Positions 38,687 through 47,300 of a stretch of 64,000 bases of DNA are shown in pieces. This stretch comes from an uncultured Alphaproteobacteria bacterium (lineage in GTDB: Bacteria > Bacteroidota > Ignavibacteria > Palsa-1295). How positions within the stretch are numbered: position 1 is the first letter of the stretch; each line of letters starts with the position of its first letter. The notes under the pieces were generated by a model that ran no database searches, had not been told where the DNA came from, and saw only the letters and a list, made by a program, of their open reading frames with translations. The DNA is taken from assembly GCA_964404255.1 (NCBI GenBank), contig CAYOJJ010000001.1:243639-307638 (forward strand), written 5' to 3'. Position numbers and translations under genes: made by a program.

Positions 38687-38922
38687 GATGTTCCTCGTGA
38701 TGATTCGAATGATCGATGATAACCGAACGATATACACTCCCTGCCGGGGAAGCATAGGATATATCGAAACTATACCTGTTGATATACTCCACGAGGAATA
38801 ACTGGATTCAGCAACTCCTTCTCAGGAATTGCTTATCAGACAAGCACAAAAGGAATGAGCAAAAACCGATAAAAAACGAGGAATAAATCTATTGGAATCA
38901 ATATATTTCGATCCCCAATTTA

Positions 38923-39300
38923 TTATAAACCTGACCAATGGTAAGCAATAATGGTGCCGGTAGTATTGATGGTAAAACTGCGTTCAACCGTTTTTGAATG
39001 TTTCGTCGGACGGGAAATATGAGTCCTTCCCCAGCTATCATACCAGACATATCCCGGAGATGAAGAAGACTGGGTATAACGATAGGTAAGCTCGCGAGAA
39101 CCATCCATTGTTTTGTAGGTCCGGTTGGGAGCGCCCCAACGGGCGACAAGATCGGTCTCGGATTTACCAACCCAGCTTTTCATTGCCGTTTCAATTTCTT
39201 CGCGGCGCGCTGCTTCGGAGGGGCCACAGCTATTTACGGTAATAGCAGCTAATAGAATTAATAAAAATAGACGTACCGATAGAATGGAATTCTTATTCAT
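38923..39300 (-). CDS. Small exported protein/lipoprotein, unknown function
   Basis: Signal peptide with 'TVNSCGP'. 125 aa. Confidence 0.5.
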   Translation of the reverse strand: MNKNSILSVRLFLLILLAAITVNSCGPSEAARREEIETAMKSWVGKSETDLVARWGAPNRTYKTMDGSRELTYRYTQSSSSPGYVWYDSWGRTHISRPTKHSKTVERSFTINTTGTIIAYHWSGL

Positions 39301-39302
39301 AC

Positions 39303-39737
39303 TTACTTTGACGGATATTTCTTTTTCATTCCCTGATAAGCGGTACGTACTATCTGGGAAAGGACTTTCTCATCGACATCGGAAAGTTTCGTAATGTACA
39401 AACACCCTTTGCTCATCTTATGCTTCCCAAGTTTTTCGAGAAGGGTATCGAGCAATCCGCTGCCGGCCATGACATAAAATGTCATCTTCCCTTTGCGCGG
39501 AGAAAACCCAACGAGCGGCGCATCACCTTCACGGCCGCTTTCATAGACATAGTGATAGGATCCAAAACCAATAATAGCAGGTCCCCACATCACCGCCTTT
39601 TCGCCGGTGGCTTCTTTCATAAGTTTCAAAGCCTTCTTGCTATCGGCACGCTGCGCCTCATCTTCCACCGAGTTGATAAAATCCGTTACACTGGCTTTGG
39701 TTGCGACCGTTTGGTTTTCGTTCTTCTTTGCCATCAA
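39303..39737 (-). CDS. DUF1801 (YdhG/YjdN-like) domain protein
   Basis: 144 aa. 'VTDFINSVEDEAQRADSKKALKLMKEATGEKAVMWGPAIIGFG' has the DUF1801 pattern. Confidence 0.55.
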   Translation of the reverse strand: MMAKKNENQTVATKASVTDFINSVEDEAQRADSKKALKLMKEATGEKAVMWGPAIIGFGSYHYVYESGREGDAPLVGFSPRKGKMTFYVMAGSGLLDTLLEKLGKHKMSKGCLYITKLSDVDEKVLSQIVRTAYQGMKKKYPSK

Positions 39738-40255
39738 CGTTCTAAAAAATAGGTTTTGAATTCCTGCAGTTCTTTGAGTTCTTCTTCAATATATTTTTCG
39801 AAGAGTATATCCCCAACTTGGGGTCGCAAGGAAGAGATTCCCGTGTCTATAAGCCGAAATCCCTGTTCGGTCAAGAGCACATTATCATATTGCTTACCAG
39901 ATGAAACCGATCGGGAAATATGACGGTGTACAAAGTTTGAAGTATGTAGCTGCTCTATCTTCTTCTCAAATTCTTTAAATAGTACTTCTCGCTTCTCCAC
40001 TTCATAGCTGCGATAATCAAGCGGATATAATCTCTCCATGACAAGCATCTCCGCATTACTTGCTTCATGCACATCGAGCCGAATAAACTTTACTACCAGA
40101 CCATTAATACTATTAGCGAGCTTCATTTTCTCGGCTTCGGAGCCGATATCGCTTCTGGTATCACCACTAAAAAGCTTCCCACACTCGGTATCCGAGAGGG
40201 CGACAACCACATTGTTCTCGCCCGATGAAAGCCGGTGCTGGTAATACCTCGTCAT
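39734..40255 (-). CDS. Minimal protein-kinase-like (PKL) fold protein
   Basis: 173 aa. 'FVHRHISRS...NVLL' resembles the catalytic-loop pattern HRDxxxxN; 'LIDTG' is DFG-like; 'VVKF' is a candidate ATP-lysine strand. Overlaps the DUF1801 gene by 4 nt. Confidence 0.45.
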   Translation of the reverse strand: MTRYYQHRLSSGENNVVVALSDTECGKLFSGDTRSDIGSEAEKMKLANSINGLVVKFIRLDVHEASNAEMLVMERLYPLDYRSYEVEKREVLFKEFEKKIEQLHTSNFVHRHISRSVSSGKQYDNVLLTEQGFRLIDTGISSLRPQVGDILFEKYIEEELKELQEFKTYFLER

Positions 40256-40259
40256 AGCA

Positions 40260-42452
40260 TTATCTTACAACCTCAAGCAATATCTCCGCAATATCTTTTA
40301 CTTTGACATCGTCGGTGCGTTCTTTGGTTTTTACACCGTCGGTCATCATCGTCATGCAGAAGGGGCAGGCCGAAGCAATTGTATTGGCTTCTGTGGAGAG
40401 GGCTTCCTCCGTACGTTCGATATTGATGCGCTTGCCTTGGGTCTCTTCCATCCACATCTGTCCGCCGCCGGCGCCGCAGCAGAGACCCTTAGATTGGTTA
40501 CGCGGCATTTCGATGATCTCAAGGCCCGGAATCGATTCGAGCGTAGCGCGCGGTGCATCGTAAATATCATTCGAGCGGCCGAGATAGCAGGAATCGTGAT
40601 AGGTCACGCGCTCTTCAAGATCTTTGGTGATCTTTAAGTCGCCTTTTGCAAGTAACTCGGCTACGTATTCGGTGTGGTGAACGACATCGTAGTTACCGCC
40701 GAAATCACCCCACTCATTTTTGATCGCATTGAAGCAGTGCGGGCACGTCGTAACGACCTTCTTAATATTATACCTATTAAGCGTCTCGACGTTCTCTTTA
40801 ATAAGCATTTGTGCGAGATACTCATTGCCCATACGACGAGCCGGGTCGCCAGTGCACTTTTCTTCTGTGCCGAGAATCTTGAAATTAATACCGGCGATCT
40901 GCATTAATTCTGAAAAAGCGCGGGAGATGCTCTTCGCACGAGCATCGAACGAACCGGCACAGCCAACCCAGAAGAGCACGAGGTCTTCTTTCTTCGGAGC
41001 GCCACGTTCTTCATAGGAAGCCATTGTTTCAATACCCAGTCCATCGGCCCAATCGGCGCGCTCGCTCGGGCTGAAAGCCCACGGCGAGAAATTATTTTCC
41101 ATCGAGCTGAAGGCCGGCTGTAATTCCGGCGGGAAGTTCGCTTCCATCATCACGAGGTTACGGCGCAGATCGACAATCTCATCAACGTGCTCAATCGTTA
41201 CCGGGCATTCCTGCATACAAGCCTGGCAGGTGGTACACTGCCAAAGCATTTCAGCCGGAATATAATCGCCGATAAAATTCTTTGCATCGACTTCCTCTGT
41301 ACTCATCTTTGCCTTTGCACCAAGCAAACCACCGGCTTTGGCAGGAGCAACCGTTGCAGCAGGTTCGGCATGGTGGTGGCCATGGGGATCGGCAGGCGTG
41401 GCATTCTGGCCCGGCATATTGACAGACTTGCCAGAGTAGCTTCCGCCTCTCCAGGCGGCCTGCATACCGTCTTCCCAGGAATCGAAACCAAACTTATTTT
41501 CGGCTACCAGGTGCGGAGCCTTATCGAGCATACGCTGATGCGTTGCAATGATGATCCATTTTGGATCAAGAATTTTTCCCGTCGTATTTGCCGGACAGAC
41601 TGAAGTACAACGGCCGCAATGCGTACAAGTATCGCCATCGAAAAGCTGCTTCCAGGTCAGATCTTCTATATCTTTAGCACCATACTGTGTCAGCGTTTCA
41701 TCTTCGAAGTTGATGGGCTTCAGATAATTCTTGCGGCGAAGATCGGAAAAGAACACGTTGGGGATACTCGTCATTACATGCAAGTGCTTCGAGTATGGGA
41801 GGTAATTCATGAAGCCAAGCACACCAAGTATATGCACCCACCAGAATACTTCGCCCATCGTTGCCGTCTTATGACAAGGGCAAAGCATACCGGCTATATA
41901 AGAAGCTACCGGACGAACTTCGCCGTGATACATGCCCCCGGTTGCAATGCGCGAGGCATTCGTCATCATCAATGAAAGGACGATGAGTGTAATAGCATAG
42001 AGCACGACCTGGGCATCCACCTGCTCATGCTTATCGCCTTGCAGGCGCTTTACTTTGCTAACCAGACGACGCCAGAGCGCAACGATCACCGATAAGAAAA
42101 TTAAGACGACAAAGATATCCTGCGAAACCGTAATGACGGGATAAATAGGGCCGAGGAATGAAAGCGAGAAATGGCCAAGGAGACCTTCGCCGATCGATTC
42201 GATAACGGCGGCAAGCAATACTAAAAAGCCCCAAAAGATAAACGCATGAACCGGACCAGCAACCGGGTCGCGAAAGATCTTTGTCTGTCCGATGGCAATG
42301 ACCAGCGTCCGGCGCAAACGCTCGACGAGGTTATCGAAGCGGTTCGTCCATTTGCCGATACGCAGGAAGTCGATCAGCCTGCGGCTATTATAGAAGACGC
42401 CGCCAAAGGCCGCCAAAAGCACAACAAGGAATACGATCGTTTTTACGGTCAT
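40260..42452 (-). CDS. Membrane-anchored Fe-S oxidoreductase, fused HdrE-like (b-type heme TM domain) + HdrD/GlpC-like (2x[4Fe-4S] + 2 CCG domains)
   Basis: N-terminal 5-6 TMs with conserved His. 'CTHCGRCTSVCP' and 'CTTCQACMQECP' are ferredoxin motifs. 'CAGSFD', 'CPHCFNAI', 'CCGAGGG' and 'CPFCMTMM' are CCG cysteine-rich domains. His-rich linker 'PHGHHHAEP'. Confidence 0.75.
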   Translation of the reverse strand: MTVKTIVFLVVLLAAFGGVFYNSRRLIDFLRIGKWTNRFDNLVERLRRTLVIAIGQTKIFRDPVAGPVHAFIFWGFLVLLAAVIESIGEGLLGHFSLSFLGPIYPVITVSQDIFVVLIFLSVIVALWRRLVSKVKRLQGDKHEQVDAQVVLYAITLIVLSLMMTNASRIATGGMYHGEVRPVASYIAGMLCPCHKTATMGEVFWWVHILGVLGFMNYLPYSKHLHVMTSIPNVFFSDLRRKNYLKPINFEDETLTQYGAKDIEDLTWKQLFDGDTCTHCGRCTSVCPANTTGKILDPKWIIIATHQRMLDKAPHLVAENKFGFDSWEDGMQAAWRGGSYSGKSVNMPGQNATPADPHGHHHAEPAATVAPAKAGGLLGAKAKMSTEEVDAKNFIGDYIPAEMLWQCTTCQACMQECPVTIEHVDEIVDLRRNLVMMEANFPPELQPAFSSMENNFSPWAFSPSERADWADGLGIETMASYEERGAPKKEDLVLFWVGCAGSFDARAKSISRAFSELMQIAGINFKILGTEEKCTGDPARRMGNEYLAQMLIKENVETLNRYNIKKVVTTCPHCFNAIKNEWGDFGGNYDVVHHTEYVAELLAKGDLKITKDLEERVTYHDSCYLGRSNDIYDAPRATLESIPGLEIIEMPRNQSKGLCCGAGGGQMWMEETQGKRINIERTEEALSTEANTIASACPFCMTMMTDGVKTKERTDDVKVKDIAEILLEVVR

Positions 42453-42522
42453 ATAAAATAGCTAAACTCGAAAGGGCAAAAATACGCGATTTAGGGCCAG
42501 CGCTTGGTTATCGCGCCTTGGC

Positions 42523-43347
42523 TTATTGAATTGAAGCAAAAAACGCCAGAATGATAATGCCGGCCAGTATTCTATAAATACCAAAACCCACAAATGAGTG
42601 ATGGCGCACATACCCGATAAGCCAACGAACTACTACCAGGGCGGAGATAAATGCCATTACAAACCCGATACCGAGCGTCGAGAACATTTCGCTCGTAAGC
42701 AAATGGCGGTACTTCACCAATTCATAACCACTGGCCGCAATCATCACCGGAAAGCTAAGCAGGAAGCTGAATTCCGTTGCCGATTCTCGGCTCATACCAC
42801 CGGCATAACCACCCATGATCGTCGCACCGGAGCGTGAGACGCCCGGAATAAGCGAAAGTACCTGCGAAAACCCTACGATCCAGGCATCGCGCATACTCAT
42901 CGAATGCAGGTCTCTTCTGCTGCCGCGGCGAGCCATAATCATTTCTATTGTGATCATTATAACCCCGCCGATAATAAGGCTCAGTGCCACCGTTGTTGGA
43001 GAAAAAAGATAGTCTTTGATCTGCTTATGAAATAAAAAGCCGATGGCGGCAGCCGGAAGGAAAGCTATGATCAAATGAGAGCGCAGATTTCCCGAAAAAG
43101 AACGAGCCTCTCTTGCAATAAGCGCCTTCCATAGCCGTTTACGATACAAGAAGCCGATCGCAAGAATAGCTCCGAGCTGGATAACGACCTCGAATAGTTC
43201 GGCCTGATCGGGGTTTGAAAGCATTTTCTGGAAGCCCAGCAAATGATCGAAAACGATCAGATGCCCGGTCGAAGAAACGGGGATGAATTCGGTCAGGCCC
43301 TCGACAAGGCCCAAAATGAGCGATTGGATCCAGATCGGAAACGGCAT
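42523..43347 (-). CDS. uppP: Undecaprenyl-diphosphatase
   Basis: 'GLVEGLTEFIPVSSTGHLI' and 'SRSGATIMGG' are BacA/UppP motifs. Confidence 0.9.
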   Translation of the reverse strand: MPFPIWIQSLILGLVEGLTEFIPVSSTGHLIVFDHLLGFQKMLSNPDQAELFEVVIQLGAILAIGFLYRKRLWKALIAREARSFSGNLRSHLIIAFLPAAAIGFLFHKQIKDYLFSPTTVALSLIIGGVIMITIEMIMARRGSRRDLHSMSMRDAWIVGFSQVLSLIPGVSRSGATIMGGYAGGMSRESATEFSFLLSFPVMIAASGYELVKYRHLLTSEMFSTLGIGFVMAFISALVVVRWLIGYVRHHSFVGFGIYRILAGIIILAFFASIQ

Positions 43348-43523
43348 TATCCTTGCAATTGAAAGTGCAAACTTACGGATTGCCCACTTACCGAGGTAGT
43401 AAAGCAGGTAAAACTCACCATCACTGCCCGCTAAAGCATACCGCCATGGGCTAAACCTTCTCGACTGCTTCGGCGTTTTCGACGGCTACTTTATACGCAC
43501 CTATTACACTAAGACCAATTTAG

Positions 43524-45350
43524 ATGAATTCCTCACGTACGACCATGATGGGCATAGGCCTGATCCTGGTAGTTCTTTTCGGCTGGATGATCTGGAATCA
43601 GCCAAAGCGCGTTCCACCGCCACCGCCGAAACCTGCTGCACCGGCAGCGGTCGATACGGCGAAGCATACCGCCACCCCTGCTCAGGCGCCCGCCGAGCTT
43701 TCTTCAACTGTTTTTCAGGCCGATAGCAGCTCGGCGCCGAGTTCTAAATTCGTCGAAACGCCGCTCGTCAGCGCTGTCGTTTCCTCGCATGGTGGTAACG
43801 TCGTAAGCTGGGTCTTAAAACAGTATAAGACCTTCCAGCATACTCCGCTCGAACTTGTCGATCATAATACTCATTCCGGCGATGTGAATTTGGTCTTCGT
43901 TGCGAGCGATGGTAAGAAAGTCTCGACCAAAGACCTTCATTTCACGATCGAAGATAATAGCCAGAAAACGCTTGGCTACCATGACTCAGTAACGATCCGA
44001 ATGATGGCAACGGTCGATTCGCTCGGCTCGATCGAAAAGCTCATTCGTATTTATTCCGATAAATACCTCCTGCGCGTCGAATATAAGCTTCATAATTTAA
44101 ACTCGAAGATCGCCGGCTACCGGTATACCCTGGCTGTCGATAATCCGATACCTTATAATGAAGCTCATTCCGAAGAAGAGTCTGCTTCGGCCAATGCTGC
44201 TGTGATGACTAAATCTGGTATCGAAACGATCGATGCCAATAAGAACGATAAAGTCGAGCAGAAATCTTTTACCGGCGATGTGGAATTCGTCTCGGCTCGC
44301 ACTAAGTATTTCCTCGGTGCGCTCATCCCCCGCTATCCGCGTCCGGTGGGCAGCGATATTACCGGCACTTCCCATGCTGTTGGCGAGAATGGACGAGTGG
44401 AGAGTTACACGTTGAATGTTTCTATCCCTATCGCTTCACTGGCGAAGGATTCAATGGCAGTCGAGTATTATCTCGGCCCATTGGAATACGATCGTGTTTC
44501 TTCGATCGATCCACCACTTAACGATGTAATGGATTTCGGATGGAGATTCCTCGTTCGCCCGATAAGCGTCTATGTTCTCTTCCCATTCATTATGTGGCTC
44601 CATAGCTTTATTGCTAACTGGGGTCTGGTAATCATCGTCTTCTCGATCGCTGTAAAGCTTGCAACGATGCCCTTCTCCCGCAGCCAGATGGCCGCGATGA
44701 GAAAGATGCAGGCCTTACAGCCGCTGATGAATGACATCCGCGACAAGCACAAAGAGGATCCAAAAAAACAGCAGGAAGAAACCTTTGCGCTTTATAAAAC
44801 ATACGGCGTAAACCCTGCTGGTGGCTGCTTACCATTATTACTGCAGATGCCGGTACTCTTTGCTCTGTATGCAGTGCTTCGTAATGTTATTGAACTTCGC
44901 CAGGCGCCGTTCTTTGGCTGGATCACCGATCTTTCCTTGCCGGATGCACTTATTAAATTTGGTACACATATACCGATCCTCGGCGAACAGCTTTCCGGAC
45001 TTACGTTATTAATGGGCGCTACAATGCTCATTCAGTCGGTCTTTCAGACGACCGATCCGCGCCAGAAGACAATGGCCTACATTATGCCGATCTTCATGAC
45101 GGTGCTCTTTAATAATTTGCCGTCCGGTGTGGCATTGTACTATTTCATGTTCAACCTCTTCGGTATTGCACAGCAGCTCTACAATAAGAAATTCCTGCCG
45201 CCGCTCGATCTCGAAGAATTGAAGAAGAATGCCAAGAATAAAAAAGGCTTCATGTCGAAAATGCAGGAAATGGAAAAAACTGCCCGCGAACAGCGCCAGA
45301 ATGCAATGGCCGGAAAGACTCAGCCACCAAGCCGCAAGAAAAAAGGCTGA
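43524..45350 (+). CDS. yidC: Membrane protein insertase YidC
   Basis: N-terminal TM, a large periplasmic domain, and C-terminal 5-TM core 'WGLVIIVFSIAVKLATMPFS...GGCLPLLLQMPVLFALY' with a positively charged tail. Confidence 0.9.
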   Translation: MNSSRTTMMGIGLILVVLFGWMIWNQPKRVPPPPPKPAAPAAVDTAKHTATPAQAPAELSSTVFQADSSSAPSSKFVETPLVSAVVSSHGGNVVSWVLKQYKTFQHTPLELVDHNTHSGDVNLVFVASDGKKVSTKDLHFTIEDNSQKTLGYHDSVTIRMMATVDSLGSIEKLIRIYSDKYLLRVEYKLHNLNSKIAGYRYTLAVDNPIPYNEAHSEEESASANAAVMTKSGIETIDANKNDKVEQKSFTGDVEFVSARTKYFLGALIPRYPRPVGSDITGTSHAVGENGRVESYTLNVSIPIASLAKDSMAVEYYLGPLEYDRVSSIDPPLNDVMDFGWRFLVRPISVYVLFPFIMWLHSFIANWGLVIIVFSIAVKLATMPFSRSQMAAMRKMQALQPLMNDIRDKHKEDPKKQQEETFALYKTYGVNPAGGCLPLLLQMPVLFALYAVLRNVIELRQAPFFGWITDLSLPDALIKFGTHIPILGEQLSGLTLLMGATMLIQSVFQTTDPRQKTMAYIMPIFMTVLFNNLPSGVALYYFMFNLFGIAQQLYNKKFLPPLDLEELKKNAKNKKGFMSKMQEMEKTAREQRQNAMAGKTQPPSRKKKG

Positions 45351-45374
45351 TCTAAAAAAATCTATTTATAAAAA

Positions 45375-45399
45375 GGCTGGTATATACCGGCCTTTTTTT
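45375..45399. terminator. Rho-independent terminator downstream of yidC (A-tract on left, T-tract on right; possibly bidirectional)
   Basis: 'aaaaaGGCTGGtatataCCGGCCttttttt': a 6-bp GC stem with one G-U pair, then T7. Confidence 0.6.
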
Positions 45400-45406
45400 A
45401 TGTATG

Positions 45407-45865
45407 CTATTTTCTATACTGGATAAGAATGCTTAGCGAGCGATCCTTCGTATATTCAAGCTCAATAGCATAAGAATTCATGGTGAAGCAAGTCTTTGTA
45501 GGTACTTTCTGTCTGACCCTCTTATAACGATTATCAAGAACCGTAACGAGAGAATCAAATAGTTGTGTTGTGGCGGAATCTGAACTCCAGGAAAAACGAT
45601 CGAGTATATTATTTTTCTCAAATACCGATAGCATATATCTCCCGCCGATTTTAAACCAACGAACCGCATCCTGAAAAAAAAGTAGGTCTGGGTTTCCCGT
45701 AGAATACCAGTGTTTTACCGTTAGAGTCGTTAAAATCTCCTTGTGCAATAGGTGTAACGGTTTCTATTTTTTTGGAATCACATCTAATGTAAAGGCTACA
45801 TCATCCGAGTACCTGTCGGAGCAAAAACATAGCGCCCCTATTAAATATATAATTACTAATTTCAT
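45407..45865 (-). pseudogene. Exported protein gene interrupted by in-frame TAG (45764-45766)
   Basis: The ATG at 45865 gives MKLVIIYLIGALCFCSDRYSDDVAFTLDVIPKK, then TAG. The same frame continues '..KPLHL(L)HKEILTTLTVKHWYSTGN...' to 45407. The called ORF 45407-45748 starts at TTG in that frame. AT-rich. Confidence 0.45.
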
Positions 45866-45889
45866 TATTAAAGACTATTCTTCAAATAT

Positions 45890-45906
45890 AGCACTTAGTA
45901 AGTGCT
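45890..45906. promoter_or_regulatory. 17-bp perfect palindrome AGCACTTAgTAAGTGCT about 40 bp upstream of mnmE
   Basis: Read directly from the sequence: 8-bp arms and a 1-nt centre. Lies in the AT-rich leader. Confidence 0.4.
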
Positions 45907-45946
45907 GACACCCTACTATTAGTAATCGTGTTCTTGTTAAGCTACA

Positions 45947-47242
45947 ATGTCGCTTACAACGCTGACTGATACGATCTGCGCGCTTTCTACCCCGCTTGGT
46001 ACGAGTGCGCTAGCAACGCTCCGGCTTTCCGGTGCGGATGCGATCGTTATTGCTGCAAAATGCTTGCAATCACCTGAGCGTCTCATTACTGCACTTGGTG
46101 GTGAATCTATTTATTCCACTATTAAAGATATTACGGGCGGACATATCGATGATGTCGTGCTTTCGGTCTGGAGAGCGCCGCGTTCGTATACCGGCGAGGA
46201 CATTGTTGAATTTCATACCCATGGTTCTCCGGTCATAACCGATCTCTTGCAAAGGCAGCTCATCGCCCATGGGGCGCGGCTTGCAGAGGCAGGCGAGTTT
46301 TCGCGCCGGGCCTTTATGAATGGTAAGCAATCGCTGCAGGAGCTGGAGCGAACGCTAATGAGGCTCGATGCATCGAGCGAGGATTCGCTTTCGAAAATAG
46401 AGCCATTATTGCAAGCAAAGTTTGATAGATTACGCGAAGTATATGACGATTGCATTTCATTACTTGCGCAGGTAAATGCAGAAATAGATTTTGGTGAATC
46501 AGATCAGGTGGAGCTTTCGGGATTCGCTGCACAGATGGGAGCCATACGCCACAAGCTTTCCGAGCTTGTGGCCCGATCGGTAAATCAGCAATTAAATAAA
46601 GGCTATTTTTCTGTTGTGCTCACAGGGCCGCCGAACGTCGGCAAGAGCAGTCTCTTTAATGCTCTTATTCGCTATGAGCGCAGCATCGTCAGCGATATTG
46701 CCGGTACGACCCGCGATTACATCGAAGCCTTTGTGATGCTTGAGGGGTTTAAAGTGAAGATCATCGATACGGCGGGGTTAAGGGACTCGGCAGATTCTAT
46801 CGAAAGCCGGGGTATCGCCCTCGGAAAAGATATTGCAGAAAAGGCTGATATTGAGCTTCGTATGACCGACCCTGCAACGAGATCCGTGCGTGCAGCAACC
46901 GGACAAATTCTTGTTCATAATAAGTGCGATCTCGATGGATTTAGCGATGGCATTGCTATATCCACGGTAACCGGTCAGGGAATGAAAGAGCTTATATCAT
47001 TGATAAAGAATGAGATAGCTGCTATTGACCAGGGACGTACCAGCTATAACATAGCTGAAACGGAACTTGCCACGATAGAATCGGTTCGGCAAAGACTCAA
47101 TAATTCATTGATAAACAAAGAGTTATCCTTAATTGCCGAAGATCTTCGCTTTTCGGCCGATGCCATTGCATCGTTGCTTGGGTTTCGCATTACAGATGAT
47201 AATTTAAATTATATTTTTACAAAAATGTGTATTGGTAAATAA
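45947..47242 (+). CDS. mnmE: tRNA modification GTPase MnmE
   Basis: N-terminal 'TICALSTPLGTSALATLRLSG'. G-domain 'GPPNVGKSSLFNAL' and 'DTAGLR'. C-terminal 'CIGK'. Confidence 0.9.
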   Translation: MSLTTLTDTICALSTPLGTSALATLRLSGADAIVIAAKCLQSPERLITALGGESIYSTIKDITGGHIDDVVLSVWRAPRSYTGEDIVEFHTHGSPVITDLLQRQLIAHGARLAEAGEFSRRAFMNGKQSLQELERTLMRLDASSEDSLSKIEPLLQAKFDRLREVYDDCISLLAQVNAEIDFGESDQVELSGFAAQMGAIRHKLSELVARSVNQQLNKGYFSVVLTGPPNVGKSSLFNALIRYERSIVSDIAGTTRDYIEAFVMLEGFKVKIIDTAGLRDSADSIESRGIALGKDIAEKADIELRMTDPATRSVRAATGQILVHNKCDLDGFSDGIAISTVTGQGMKELISLIKNEIAAIDQGRTSYNIAETELATIESVRQRLNNSLINKELSLIAEDLRFSADAIASLLGFRITDDNLNYIFTKMCIGK

Positions 47243-47286
47243 ATAGGATATATTTATTTACTATTTATACATTATAATCAGACAAC

Positions 47287-47300
47287 GTTCCACGTGGAAC
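47287..47300. promoter_or_regulatory. 14-bp perfect palindrome GTTCCACGTGGAAC overlapping the GTG start of mnmG
   Basis: Read from the sequence. The core TTCCACGTGGAA recurs only at 49116-49127. Confidence 0.5.

Noticed and set aside
45351-45946. Possible oriC (DnaA boxes) in the AT-rich yidC-mnmE spacer
   Set aside because: Only a weak TTATCCAGT-like match was seen, with no cluster of DnaA boxes. Most of the spacer is the disrupted exported-protein ORF. It needs a PWM scan and GC-skew, so it is not claimed.
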